A program made the translations under genes and the position numbers. The notes beneath the pieces are model-generated. The model searched no databases and had not been told where the DNA came from. It saw only the letters and a list, made by a program, of their open reading frames with translations. A DNA stretch of 64,000 bases from NCBI GenBank assembly GCA_963728565.1, contig CAVSLC010000015.1, positions 1-64,000 of the forward strand, read 5' to 3'. The DNA is from an uncultured delta proteobacterium (GTDB taxonomy: Bacteria; Desulfobacterota; Binatia; UBA9968). Below are positions 20,601 to 31,039 of this stretch, one piece after another; positions within the stretch are counted from its first letter, which is position 1; every line of letters begins with the position of its first letter.

Positions 20601-21345
20601 ATGTAAAGGGGACACGCTACTTCTTATCTACTTCCTCATTTTGCTGAAACCGGGTCGGCCCCATGAACGCATCGTACTCTCAGGTCCAATAGACCTGCAA
20701 TCGACGTCTGCCAGTCTGGTTCTCCAAAAGGTCTTTAACGATTCACTGACTAACGAATTGCAGCCAATTGCCGCGCTGATAGCGGTTCGTCCAAATGCGC
20801 CAGCCGGTCTGTCTCGACTTCGAAAGGACAGGGATCGGCCAGCTCGTTCCGACAGCAACTTGACTTACGGCCGATCATCTATCGACGCTGCCAAGCCTGA
20901 TCTGACTGGATTCTGTAACACGTAGCGCACGACCATTAGCAAATGCTCATCGCGCTGCACTGGAAAACTTTTAAACCGGCCCTGCCAAACATGCCCGCTG
21001 CCGCCGTAATGCTTGTGATAACGCCGTACGTGACTGGTCAAGATCCCTTGCATGAATCGGCTCAGAGACTGGTGATGCGAAGCTCAATCAGAAAGTGAAA
21101 GTGATTCGGAATCAGAGAGAAAGCAAACAACTTAACTGGGTGCCGCGCTTTTGCTAGCGCGAGGATGCAAAGAAAGACTTGGTGATCTTGAGCTTGATGA
21201 AAGATAGTTACGCGACCGTTCCCTCGGTTGATCACATGATAAATATAACCAGCCTGTTGCGCACGCGAGCTTCTTGGCATGGCAGGGCTTTATCATTTAT
21301 GCGAACGTGATCACAAACGATGAAAGTCGCTTGTCCCTTAATCCC
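20601..21345 (-). mobile_element. RAYT family-1 element, near full length (copy B); transposase pseudogene
   Basis: YHVINRGN, LIPNHFHF (HUH), HVWQGRFKS, RYVLQNPVR (catalytic Tyr) and C-terminal ESTMRSWGRP, split over frames. Ends TAAAGGGGACACGCTACTT / AAAGTCGCTTGTCCCTTAA. Confidence 0.88.
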
Positions 21346-21383
21346 GTCAATCTCCCGATCTCCCTCGGCTGTCCTTAGACGCT

Positions 21384-21562
21384 TTGAACGAGGCGCAGCG
21401 ATCCAACGGCTTGAACGAAATCGTTTATTCCTCTGGCGCGCGGCATCACTTGTTCATAGAACAAACATTCAATAAACGCTGCGTTCTCCACGTTGTGTTC
21501 CTGAGTTTCCTAAATTATTTGAACCAAGCGAAGCGGGTGAACGTTTGGAACGACTGGAACAA
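21384..21562. repeat. Low-complexity TTGAAC/GTTCAA-rich intergenic repeat family
   Basis: Clusters of TTGAACG/TGGAAC here, at ~17905-17930, and in reverse orientation at ~40510-40660. Confidence 0.45.
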
Positions 21563-21594
21563 GCCCGGGGTTATGGTCCGATGACACCCTGTTC

Positions 21595-22656
21595 TTATCG
21601 CATTGGCAGCGGCGTCGCTCCGGAAAAGGTCTTGAACAGGTCGATCAATTCAGGGTCGCGAGGGGTATCTTGAATGGCCTTGGTCAAATCCTCCGGCATC
21701 AACGGACTTGCCTCTTCGCCAACCACCTTGCGGTATTCGCGATGAAAATCCGGATCTGTAAAAGTCTTGCGCATCGCCTCCTGAAGATCAGCAACACGAT
21801 CTTTGGGTGTCCCGGGCGACAGAACGTAAGGTGAGCCGGTGAGCCTGAATGTTCGCGAGAGAGCGAGCAGCCTGCGTTCTCGTTCGGACTTAGCGAAGGT
21901 TTCGATCTCAGGAAGGTGGCCAAAGCGGGGGTGCTTGAGATCTTTGGGAATTGCATAGATCGCATGGAAATCCATTAGACCTTTTTCCACCCAATCAGGA
22001 TTGCGATGCCAAACTGAGGTTGCGGTGTTCGCCCTGGCGTCGATCTCCCCACTCAGCAGTGCGACGTCCAAGTCCGGCGCCCCGTACCCCGGGATAAACT
22101 TCGGGTCCTTCAAAGCGAGAAAGTACGCAAAGAATCGTGCCGCTATGTAGGCGCTATGTCCGACGGGCCGGGTTCCCACTCTGACTCCGGGAGTCGCTCT
22201 GAGTTTTTCCAAACTGTTCAAGCCCACGTCTTTTCGGGTATAGAACACTAGATGGCTGGAGCTTTCCGGCGAGCCGAGATAGAGGAATTTATCAACATCG
22301 TACATCACTCCGGTCTCACGTAAGAGACTTAGTCCAATGACGCTGCTGCTGAACGCGCCGATCGTGAGCCCGTCAGGGCGGGCGTTGCGAAATAGGTGAT
22401 TGCCCACTTGTCGACCACCGCCGCCGTCCATGTACTCGATGAGGATTGTGGGATTTCCTGCAATGTATTTGCGCAGAAAAGGAACCGTAGCCTTGACCCG
22501 GTTGTCGCCAATTCCTCCGGGGGCGGTCGCGGCAATGATCTTTATGGTCTTGCCTTGGTAATAGGGCGCTTGCGCAAAGGCGTACTCGGGTGAAAGACCG
22601 GTTAGCACCACCAGCACGCCAAAGACTGCTAGTCCAACGAGGGCCTTGGTAATCAT
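21595..22656 (-). CDS. TTT substrate-binding protein (divergent TctC/Bug)
   Basis: APGGIGD, YMDGGGG, PDGLTIG, SGEIDA. Confidence 0.85.
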   Translation of the reverse strand: MITKALVGLAVFGVLVVLTGLSPEYAFAQAPYYQGKTIKIIAATAPGGIGDNRVKATVPFLRKYIAGNPTILIEYMDGGGGRQVGNHLFRNARPDGLTIGAFSSSVIGLSLLRETGVMYDVDKFLYLGSPESSSHLVFYTRKDVGLNSLEKLRATPGVRVGTRPVGHSAYIAARFFAYFLALKDPKFIPGYGAPDLDVALLSGEIDARANTATSVWHRNPDWVEKGLMDFHAIYAIPKDLKHPRFGHLPEIETFAKSERERRLLALSRTFRLTGSPYVLSPGTPKDRVADLQEAMRKTFTDPDFHREYRKVVGEEASPLMPEDLTKAIQDTPRDPELIDLFKTFSGATPLPMR

Positions 22657-22929
22657 AGGAGACCACCCAATTTCTTTTTTTCAGTCGGCCGAAAGTTTAA
22701 CAGAAATCTTTTGCCACACCGGATCTGTGCAAAGCCAACAGATTTGAAAACCTTCCTAACTGATCTGGCGGCTTATGTCCATGCATATGCGGCTGCCTAC
22801 CGGGCGAATCTGAAACCAGTCATGAGCAACTGTAAGAGAAAAGAACCGAAGGATGGAGTGGGACTTATTTAATAGGGCGGCGACAAGAAACTATCAAGTG
22901 AGTAGGCGTGACAAAACCAGGCAACGGCT

Positions 22930-23075
22930 GACCGCTCTGGATAGAGTACTCAGGAACAACCCCCCGCGCGTTGCGGCGGTTAAACAGATGCTAGATCGAT
23001 CGGAAAATTTTAATCGTAGGGCGTCGCGCCATTAACGCTTCGCAGGAGCGACGTTGCAGCATAAGACCTGACACC
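22930..23075 (-). pseudogene. 5' stub of a different RAYT, with GACCTGACACC end motif
   Basis: MARRPTIKIFRSI*HLFNRRNARG resembles the MARRPR...YHVxNRGN start; terminal motif at 23065-23075. Confidence 0.5.
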
Positions 23076-23084
23076 AGGTTCTTG

Positions 23085-23225
23085 GGCCGCGCCCGTTCTC
23101 CCGGTTGATCGAATGATAAAACAAAACCTGCCTCTTGCGCGCGCGGGATTCTCGGCATGGCAGGGCTTTATCATATAGGCGAACGGGATCACAACGATGA
23201 AAGTAGCCTGTCCCCTTTAATCCCC
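23085..23225 (-). mobile_element. RAYT family-1 5' end (copy C)
   Basis: Shared block GGCAGGGCTTTATCATATAGGCGAACGGGATCACAACGATGAAAGTAGCCTGTCCCCTTTAATCCCC. Confidence 0.8.
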
Positions 23226-23330
23226 TTCGAAAGTAAATGATCATGGCTCAACGACGCGGTGCCGTTCTCCGGCTCATTCGAAGTTAAACTCATTTTCAGA
23301 ACACGCAGTCGATTAAAGCATCTAGGTACT

Positions 23331-23360
23331 GTGGCTCAACTAGCTAACTCCATACTTGAC
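23331..23360 (+). repeat. 30-bp direct repeat, copy 1 (copy 2 at 27699-27728)
   Basis: GTGGC(T/G)CAACTAGCTAACTCCATACTTGAC, 29/30 identical. Confidence 0.85.
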
Positions 23361-23482
23361 TTAAATGAAAAGCAGATGTTGCGAGCTGCACCTCGCAAAT
23401 TGGGCGGTGACGGTCTCTAATGGACCAACATATTAACAGGCTGACTCTGTGAGGAGTCGCCTAAGCCTAAAGGAGGTGCAGC

Positions 23483-24567
23483 ATGAAAGAGTATATAGGA
23501 GTGGACCTGGGGAAGCACAAGGCCGTGGTGGTAAAGAAAGATCGACAGGGAAAGACAACCAGCAAGGTTACTGTACCTGTGACTCAAGCAGCATTGGAAA
23601 GTTATTTTTCGAAGCAGGACCGTCGAAGCCAGGTGGTGGTGGAGGCCACGGGGAACTGGATGTATCTCTACGAGACCATCGAGCGCTACACACCGGAGGT
23701 CGTCTTGGCACACCCACTTAAGACCCGGGCGATTGCCGAGGCACGGATTAAGACCGACACCATTGATGCGACGACCTTAGCGGAACTGCTACGTCTAGAT
23801 GGCATCCCGAAAGCGTATATACCACCTCGTGAGGTTCGTGACATTCGAGAGTTGTTGCGTTACCGGGCCTCGCTGGTATCGATACGAGTCGGTATCAAGA
23901 ACAAGATTCATGCGGTGCTGACCAAGAACGGCATCGATTGCACGTTCAGTGATATTTTGGGGAAATCCTCCCGGCAGTGGCTGAAGAGTCTAGCCGTGCG
24001 TGCTTGCTATCGGCTAGAGATTGATGGGTATCTACGGATCGCGGAGGCGTTGGCGATTTCGATTGGAGAGATCACAAAAACGATAAAGGCCGAGGTAGCT
24101 GAAAACCCACAGGCTCAACTATTGATGGGTATTCCGGGTATCAGCTACTACTCGGCTCTGTTAATCCTCAGTGAGATTGGTGAGGTAGACCGTTTTCCCA
24201 ATGCCAAGCGATTGTGTTCGTATGCCGGCTTGGTTCCCAGTATCTATAGCTCGGGAAGCAAGAGCTACAGCGGATCACCAAACAGGGTTCACGGTGGCTG
24301 CGATGGATTTTGGTAGAGATCAGCATCCATGCCGCCAACGGGGATTCGAACTTTCAGAAAGTGTACCGCAGAGTGAGTCGACGACGCGGTCCTAGCACGG
24401 CGAGAGTGGCGGTAGCGCGAAAGATCCTCACTGTCATTTACGCCATGCTAAAGCGAAGTGAGTCGTTTAACCGTCACAGACCTCGGCAACGACTTATGGC
24501 TGTACCTGGGCGAAAAAAAGTGACCGACGTCTCTGGTCATCCTCCTGGGGTCATGGTCCCGGCCTAA
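23483..24567 (+). pseudogene. IS110 transposase/recombinase with one frameshift near 24272
   Basis: GVDLG, VVEATG, KTDTID (DEDD), IPGI, YAGLVP..SSG; continues ITKQGSRWLRWILVE...VAVARK in another frame. Confidence 0.88.
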
Positions 24568-24773
24568 ACCGGAGATCCGAAGATTTGATTAGGAGACCAG
24601 AGTCGAATTCAATAATGTGCCGAAGAGCACGGATGAGTGACTGACCGATTGGTCGACCGAGACCGAACAGAACTCTGGTCGCAAACAACGGCAGTGTGGG
24701 TGATTAGACTAACCCCACGCCTCCCGTGAAGAGGTGCATCTAAACGAGACCTTGACAAGTTTCTTTTCATGAG
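24528..24773 (+). ncRNA. Candidate bridge/seek RNA of IS110 #1
   Basis: Stem CTCTGGTC...GACCAGAG encloses GGGGTCA (24547-24553), the exact reverse complement of the right flank TGACCCC. Confidence 0.5.
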
Positions 24774-24994
24774 TGACCCCTTGATCCACCTCTCAGTTTT
24801 GTACAGACGCACAGCCACCAACAGGCAGTTCGTGGTGCCCTTTTCACTGTTGACCTGCGCATCGTTGATCGGGTAATACGATTTCGGGACTACGTCCTTT
24901 ACGAGTGGCTGCGAGCCTGGTCCCACGTAACAACGTGTACACAGTTTTCAAAGCCCGGCTCTGACCGAGAAAGCTTTAGGGTAAGGGAGACAAG

Positions 24995-25960
24995 GTGAAA
25001 GCATTCATCAGCATATTGATCCCAACTCAAGGTCGAATCGATCAACTGAGGCGGCTGTTGCGTAGCTTGTCGCGGCTGGACGGTCGAGAAAATGTTGAAC
25101 ACGAAATCATCGTCTGCAACAACGCGCCGGACGATGTGAAAGCCCGCTCCGTAGAAGGTATCGTCAAGTATTACGTTGCAAAAGAGCCGAAACGATGGCA
25201 CCTGGCGCGAGAACCCTTGCCTGGTAAAAGCCGCGCCTTAAATAAGATTATTCCGCTTTCAAGAGGGCAGATCCTGGGATTCTTAGACGATGACGTGGAG
25301 GTAAATTCCTCATGGCTGCAAGCTACTTGCAATTTCTTTTCTCATCATTCCTTTGACGTAATGCAAGGATCTATTCTCGTACCGCCGGAGATGGCTGGTG
25401 ATGAAAAGTTTCTTAAGCTGCTGAATCGTTATCGAACGATCTGTTACTACCAGAAGCCTGGATTGGAAGTCAGGGAGATCCGCACTCTCAATGCAGCCAA
25501 TATCGCGTTCAGACGCGAACTTCTTGAGAAGACAGATCTTTTCGACGAGCGCATCGGTCCAGGTCAGTCGGGAACCTCAATGGATGTGGAGTTTGGCGAA
25601 AGAGTCCTGAGGAACGGAGGACGGATTGGCTACGATCCCAGTTCTATTGTATACCACGAGGTCGACTGGAATCGCCTCACTGAGGATTATTTTCGTTTGC
25701 GTCATGAGAGGCAAGGAAGAAGCCGCCTCCTTTATAAATCCAGTTCACTACCAACTATTATGGGAGATTTGATCCGGGCTACGTGCGGTCTGGGTCTCTA
25801 TTCGCTATTGAACGACGAACGTAAAAAGTATCGCGCCAAAGGCCGGTATTTTCATTATCGGGCCATGCTTGGCGAGAAAATTCGCCGCTCAGCTTGGCGC
25901 ATGCGGCAGGTGCAGGGCGAACTATCACGTGAGCCAAGTGGCCGGCCGCCGTCGCTGTGA
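24995..25960 (+). CDS. Glycosyltransferase family 2
   Basis: ISILIPT, GKSRALN, FLDDD, FDERIG, DVEFG. Confidence 0.9.
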   Translation: MKAFISILIPTQGRIDQLRRLLRSLSRLDGRENVEHEIIVCNNAPDDVKARSVEGIVKYYVAKEPKRWHLAREPLPGKSRALNKIIPLSRGQILGFLDDDVEVNSSWLQATCNFFSHHSFDVMQGSILVPPEMAGDEKFLKLLNRYRTICYYQKPGLEVREIRTLNAANIAFRRELLEKTDLFDERIGPGQSGTSMDVEFGERVLRNGGRIGYDPSSIVYHEVDWNRLTEDYFRLRHERQGRSRLLYKSSSLPTIMGDLIRATCGLGLYSLLNDERKKYRAKGRYFHYRAMLGEKIRRSAWRMRQVQGELSREPSGRPPSL

Positions 25961-26026
25961 TTGTCGACTGCGAATTGTTTGTATCGGTCACTGTCGGACT
26001 CAATCACTGCCGAGGTTAGTTTTCGT

Positions 26027-27136
26027 ATGAGATCGCCTTCATCACGTTATTCGAATCGCGAGAGCCGGTTTCGCGTGATGTACATAGTTAAAAATTATCC
26101 ACAGATGTCCGAGACTTATATCAAAACCGAGATCGAAGCCGTTGCTGAGCGCTGCGACGTTAGCGTCTTAGCAACAAGAAAAGCTAACTTGCCGGCAAAA
26201 GAGCATATGCCATTCAAGTTGGTTGAGGATACTTCAGCAATTGGTGAAGCCATAGAGGCGTTCCAGCCGGATGTTCTTCACAGTCACTGGTTAAATTCGG
26301 TGAAGATACTCGGCAAATTCGCGCGAAAGCTGAATATTCCGTTCACAGTGAGGGCGCATTCTTTCGACTCGATTTGGCAGGAGAATAAGACGGCCTTTGA
26401 CTTTCTGCCCTTTGTTCGTTCGTTCCGTCTACCATCTCGAATCCGCCGGGCCGTATCCCTTATCAACGACGACCTCTGTCTTGGTATTCTCGCGTTTCCC
26501 TTCGCCCGTGCCCGCTTGGAGAGGGCGGGCATTCGCGGTGACAAGATCGTTGATTGCTATCCGGTGGTGAATTACCGTCGGTTTCATGACGAATCGCCAA
26601 ACGGCGAAGCCATCATGAACGTTGGCGCGGCTATTCGGAAAAAAAAGATGGAGGACTTCATTGAGCTAAGCACCCTGGCTCCCAAGTTACAGTTCAATCT
26701 CTACGCTTTAGGATATAATGTGGAGCAGTTGCGGCAACTCAGCATCGACAAAGCAAGCCCAGTCAATTTTATTTCACCCATCGAATTGGAGGATATGCCT
26801 GCCGAGTATAAGAAACACCGCTGGTTGGTTTATACAGCCGCAAAAGACGGAAGAGTCGGCTGGCCCATGTCTGTCGCAGAAGCTCAGGCGGCCGGGGTCG
26901 GTGTCTGCATGGCAAATATCCGGCCGGATTTGCGTGAGTATGTGGGTCCGGCCGGCTTTTTGTACGATTCACTCAGTCAAGTGCTGGAGATCATCTCCAA
27001 ACCGTTTCCGGCGGAATTGCGAGAGATGGGCTTTGAGCACGCAAAGAAATCCGACATTTTTTCGCACCGCGCCTCGCTGTTCAAGCTTTGGCAAAAGGCG
27101 AACTCAGCTCACTCAGTTCAAGGTTCCCTATCATAG
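26027..27136 (+). CDS. Glycosyltransferase, GT-B/GT4-like
   Basis: YPQMSETYI, PDVLHSHW, KKKMED, GWPMSVAEAQAAG. Confidence 0.8.
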   Translation: MRSPSSRYSNRESRFRVMYIVKNYPQMSETYIKTEIEAVAERCDVSVLATRKANLPAKEHMPFKLVEDTSAIGEAIEAFQPDVLHSHWLNSVKILGKFARKLNIPFTVRAHSFDSIWQENKTAFDFLPFVRSFRLPSRIRRAVSLINDDLCLGILAFPFARARLERAGIRGDKIVDCYPVVNYRRFHDESPNGEAIMNVGAAIRKKKMEDFIELSTLAPKLQFNLYALGYNVEQLRQLSIDKASPVNFISPIELEDMPAEYKKHRWLVYTAAKDGRVGWPMSVAEAQAAGVGVCMANIRPDLREYVGPAGFLYDSLSQVLEIISKPFPAELREMGFEHAKKSDIFSHRASLFKLWQKANSAHSVQGSLS

Positions 27137-27163
27137 CCGAGCATTCTCGGTCATCACACGCCT

Positions 27164-27731
27164 GGGTCAGGCATGAGTTATTGACTTGTTGAGCCAACGC
27201 TGCAACTCCGATTCTGATCGCTTGTCCCGTTTCTCCACATACGCCGCGTGCAGCCGGCTAATCATCGATGCGTCGCGATGGAGGTGTTCTGCCGAACTCT
27301 CCATTTGATCCCGCATCACTCCCGCGCCGCATAGACCAACAACGATCGCGGCTCTGCCCAGCTTCGCTTGCGTTCCGTGCGCAGCAGTCGCCCTGCTTCA
27401 ATGCTATACAGCGACGCCACCCGCTCCACCAAGCGGGTAAATTTAACCTTAACCTTTGCCGGCTCCGTTTCCTTTGTCTTCTTCTCAACTTCGTTGACAA
27501 ACCGCTCGTCGCCTAAAAATCGTTGCTCTACCGTCTGATAGAGACGATCCAGGTGCCCCTGACCCAGTCCCTCTTTGATAAAACCATGATACCCTCTTCG
27601 GGCAACGCTCGGATTGGACCCGAACTGCTTCAGCACGGAGCTGCTCTGAATCGTGACCGGAGTGTGTTCTCCGGCATAGGCCCGATGGCTGCTCCAGCGT
27701 GGCGCAACTAGCTAACTCCATACTTGACCCC
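27164..27731 (-). mobile_element. RAYT family-3 element (C-terminal DnaA-C-like HTH), internally deleted, imperfect ~26-bp TIRs
   Basis: WSSHRAY, ARRGYHGFIKEG, FLGDERFV, RSLLVYAARE. Ends GGGTCAGGCATGAGTTATTGACTTG / CAACTAGCTAACTCCATACTTGACCCC. Confidence 0.7.
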
Positions 27732-27951
27732 TTAACCCCCTCCGCCGTGGAAAAGCAGCCGCCTGTTTCGTAGCCGTCGAACCGCGGAAACAACTTGAGC
27801 GGCATTGATTCAGAGAGCTAGAGAGGCTAAATCTTTGGTTAGCATAATCAGTTCTCCTACAGAATGCTGTGCCCAGATAGGCGACTAAGCGTCAACCAAG
27901 ACTAATTTCTATTTGCTATCAGCGATTTCATAGACAGAAAGAAGAAGCAAA

Positions 27952-28209
27952 ATGGATTTCGAAAAAGCAAAGCTGAATCCCGCAGCCGTTTTTAAGAGCC
28001 CTCAAGAAGTGGTTTCAAGTCAAGAATTGTCGCGCCAGCAAAAAATTGAAATCCTTCAGCGATGGGAACAGGACGCGACGTTGATGGAAGTCGCGGAGGA
28101 AGAAGGCATGCCCGGCCCGCAACCCAAACTGCTACAGCCGATCCGCGACGCTCTGCACGCCCTCGATTATTGGCCGGATACTGAGAACTCGGGCCCCAGC
28201 AAAGTCTGA
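27952..28209 (+). CDS. Small conserved hypothetical protein
   Basis: PAAVFKSPQEVV...LSRQQKIEILQRWEQD...AEEEGM is a recurring small-protein pattern. Confidence 0.7.
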   Translation: MDFEKAKLNPAAVFKSPQEVVSSQELSRQQKIEILQRWEQDATLMEVAEEEGMPGPQPKLLQPIRDALHALDYWPDTENSGPSKV

Positions 28210-28330
28210 GAAGCGGACCGCAAGAAAGTCGCGATGCGCAAAGCAACTCCGTTCAACCTGACCCCTCAATGCCTTATCCAGGCTCGTCCGTTAAGTCGAG
28301 GTTAGGCCAACTCCGCAGGTTTACCTCCGC

Positions 28331-28359
28331 TTGACACAGTGCCCCGCCGTGCTTACCTT
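28331..28359 (+). promoter_or_regulatory. Sigma-70-like promoter for hsp20
   Basis: TTGACA-N17-TACCTT upstream of AAGGAG RBS. Confidence 0.45.
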
Positions 28360-28400
28360 CTCATCAGCTTAAAGAAAAGGTTTAAAAAGGAGCGCTAATT

Positions 28401-28847
28401 ATGGAACTAGTAAGATGGGAACAGGTTGAAGGTGTAAACAGAATTCAGTCCCGGATCAACGAGCTATTCGAAGACGCGTTGGGTCGTACACGGGCGCAAC
28501 AGAGTGCTGCTGCTGGAGTTTGGTATCCTCCCGTGGACATTCTTGAAAGTAAGGATTCGTATCTCATTCGCGCCGAGCTGCCCGGGATGAGAAACGAGGA
28601 TCTCAAAACGGAAGTAAACGAGGGCATATTGACACTCAGTGGCGAGAGAAGGCTTGAAGAGCCGGCCAGTGGGGTCGAGTACCACCGGGTCGAGCGGGTT
28701 ACAGGTAAATTTTCTCGATCCTTCCACGTGCCGCAAACCGTGAACCCCGATGGCATCAAAGCGACCTATAGGGATGGCATACTTGAAGTACAAGTTCCCA
28801 AAGCCGATGAGGCCAAGCCGAGACAAATCGCTATAAGCTTGAATTGA
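28401..28847 (+). CDS. Hsp20/alpha-crystallin small heat-shock protein
   Basis: PPVDI, AELPG, LTLSGER, GKFSRSF, ATYRDGIL. Confidence 0.95.
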   Translation: MELVRWEQVEGVNRIQSRINELFEDALGRTRAQQSAAAGVWYPPVDILESKDSYLIRAELPGMRNEDLKTEVNEGILTLSGERRLEEPASGVEYHRVERVTGKFSRSFHVPQTVNPDGIKATYRDGILEVQVPKADEAKPRQIAISLN

Positions 28848-28875
28848 TTCATCGCAGAACCGTCAAACAGATACT

Positions 28876-28909
28876 CAGGGGGGAAAGCCAAGCGCTTCCT
28901 CCCTGTTTT
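28876..28909 (+). terminator. Intrinsic terminator after hsp20
   Basis: CAGGGGGGAAAG...CTTCCTCCCTG followed by TTTT. Confidence 0.5.
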
Positions 28910-28949
28910 CTGGTAACCCCGCCAAAAAGCACTTAGCTTAGTATCGAAC

Positions 28950-29044
28950 ACGTAATGCTCGCTCTTATGAAACACCGCGGCACGACCGTTGCCGCGGTTT
29001 ATTATGGCGCAGAGCAGTTTGTCGACCACGCGTATTCCCTGCAT
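28950..29044 (-). pseudogene. Diverged RAYT 5' stub (copy D)
   Basis: IINRGNGRAAVFHKSEHY. Confidence 0.55.
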
Positions 29045-29420
29045 AAGCGGCTTCTAACATAGCCGGCGAGTTCGTCGCGATATTTGATTCTCATCCTCAA
29101 TCAATCTCCGATCTGAGTTTGAGCGCGCCGGCATGGGGAATCTTCGCGGTCGACGGTGCTATGCCTTAGCCATTTCAACAGCTTTGTCCCAAGGAATCGT
29201 GTTTTCTGGCCTTAGCGCATCATTTGACCGGCAAATTCGCTGTCCTAAAAGTTTCTGAAATTAGCGCCGCTATGCAACCGATAGCACTGGATCAATAACT
29301 TTCTCTGCTTCGACTCGCCGGTAACCAAGTCCTGATACCATCATGAACGAGTTTGGAGCTATTGTCCCGATCACAAGAATTGGACAAGATAAGGAAGCCC
29401 CCGAAAAGGAGGATCCTGCG

Positions 29421-29702
29421 ATGCACTTGTTCCTGATCGTCGCATTAGGGTTAGCGATTCTAACGGTCATCTTTGCACTGCAGAATCCTATTCCCGTTGG
29501 TGTGACTTTTTTTATTTGGAAATTTGAAGGCTCGTTGGCTCTAGTGCTGATATTAACATTTGCCCTGGGAGTTTTAGTGACTTTGTTGATATCGATCCCC
29601 GCTATAGTAAAAAGAAGATCGTCGACTTCACGTCAGACGAAGAAAATAGAGGAGCTGGAGACTCGATCCCGCGAAAGGACCCCACCGCCCCCGTCACTAT
29701 GA
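29421..29702 (+). CDS. LapA (DUF1049) family membrane protein
   Basis: IFALQN..V.V.FF.W....SLALV; AGGAGG RBS. Confidence 0.85.
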   Translation: MHLFLIVALGLAILTVIFALQNPIPVGVTFFIWKFEGSLALVLILTFALGVLVTLLISIPAIVKRRSSTSRQTKKIEELETRSRERTPPPPSL

Positions 29703-29724
29703 CAGTTACGCTGCGGCAATAATA

Positions 29725-29958
29725 CATCAGAGAGAAAGCAAACATCTTAACTGGGTACCGCGCTTTGCTAGCGCACGGATGGAAAGAAAGGCTTGGTAAT
29801 CTTGAGCTTCAAAAGGTCGTTCTGCGACCGTTCCTCGGTTGATCACATGATAAACAAAACCAGCCTGTTGCGCATGCGGGATTCTCGGCAGGGCAGGGCT
29901 TTATCAAATAGACGCACGTGATCACAAACGAGAAAAGTAGCCTGTCCCCTTTAATCCC
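29725..29958 (-). mobile_element. RAYT family-1 5' end (copy E)
   Basis: Same block as A/B/C, ending AAAGTAGCCTGTCCCCTTTAATCCC. Confidence 0.82.
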
Positions 29959-30028
29959 GGTGGAAGTGATGGAGCCGGACGCGCGGCTTTGTTTTCCTTT
30001 GGACGGGCCATCGTTCATCTTAACGGGC

Positions 30029-31039
30029 TTATTCCCGTTTCTCCCACCGTGCGATCAAGCCCAGCAAATCGCAGACGCGATTGGAGTATCCCCATTCATT
30101 GTCGTACCAACTGAGACACTTTAGATATCTACCGCCCGTAACGCTGGTAAATGCCGGGTCGAAAATAGAGGAGTGCGAATTCCCTATGACGTCGGATGAT
30201 ACGACGGGTGTTTCCATGAGTTGCAAAATGCCTTTCATCCGTTTCGAGTCCGCCGCGGATTTTATCGCGCCATGAACGTCCTCGGCACTAATACGTTTCT
30301 GGAGCTCGACGAACAAGTCGACCACGGAGCCATCGGGTACCGGTACCCGCGCGGCGATTCCGTCCAGCCGTCCTTTCAATTCAGGCAAGACCTCGCCCAC
30401 CGCCTTGGCCGCTCCGGTGGATGTCGGTATGATATTTTCCGCCGCGGCGCGGCTCCGCCGCCAATCCGAGTGCGGCACGTCGGCGAGGCGCTGATCGTTG
30501 GTGTAGGCGTGCACGGTATTGATGATTCCTTCCACGATACCGAAAGAATCGTGGAGCACCTTGGCCAGCGGCGCAAGACAATTCGTGGTGCAGCTCGCGT
30601 TAGAAATCATCCTGTGCTCGGGCTTGAGCCCGTCATCGTTGACGCCGATTACGACGGTATAATCGATCTCATCCTTCGCCGGAACGGTCAGCACCACTCG
30701 CTTGGCTCCCGCATCCAGATGCTTGGCAAGTTGTTCCCTGCTAGTGAATATTCCCGTCGATTCGATGACGACATCGATGTCGATCTCGCGCCAGGGCAGT
30801 TTGAGCGGGTCCTTTTCACGAAGCATGCGCGTCCGACCGTGCGATGTCACCAGTTCATTGCCTTCGAGTCGCAGGGCGCCCTCAAAACGACCCATTACGG
30901 TGTCATAGTTGAGCAAGTATCGCAGCGCGTCATGGTCGAAGAGGTCATTGATCGCAACCAGTTCGGCGTCCGCCCGCTTATCGAGAATGCGGAACACAGA
31001 ACGGCCGATTCGACCGAATCCATTAATGGCAACTCTCAT
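30029..31039 (-). CDS. gap: Type I glyceraldehyde-3-phosphate dehydrogenase
   Basis: NGFGRIGR, ASCTTNCL, TVHAYT, PTSTGAAKA, RVPV, WYDNEWGYS. Confidence 0.95.
   Translation of the reverse strand: MRVAINGFGRIGRSVFRILDKRADAELVAINDLFDHDALRYLLNYDTVMGRFEGALRLEGNELVTSHGRTRMLREKDPLKLPWREIDIDVVIESTGIFTSREQLAKHLDAGAKRVVLTVPAKDEIDYTVVIGVNDDGLKPEHRMISNASCTTNCLAPLAKVLHDSFGIVEGIINTVHAYTNDQRLADVPHSDWRRSRAAAENIIPTSTGAAKAVGEVLPELKGRLDGIAARVPVPDGSVVDLFVELQKRISAEDVHGAIKSAADSKRMKGILQLMETPVVSSDVIGNSHSSIFDPAFTSVTGGRYLKCLSWYDNEWGYSNRVCDLLGLIARWEKRE

Larger units (their letters stand above)
23417..24773 (+). mobile_element. IS110-family element #1 (long 3' non-coding end, IS1111-like layout)
   Basis: Left GGTC[T]CTAAT, right CTTGACA..CATGAG[T]GACCCC; inferred empty site GGTCTGACCCC. 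Confidence 0.75.

Noticed and set aside
20286-20615. 106-aa (+) and 72-aa (-) ORFs next to RAYT copy B
   Set aside because: Cannot decide the strand or function. The minus-strand one may be a truncated gene tail, but there is no motif evidence.
24201-24316. Programmed frameshift in IS110 #1
   Set aside because: No slippery heptamer at the shift, and IS110 transposases are single-ORF; more likely a mutation or assembly indel.
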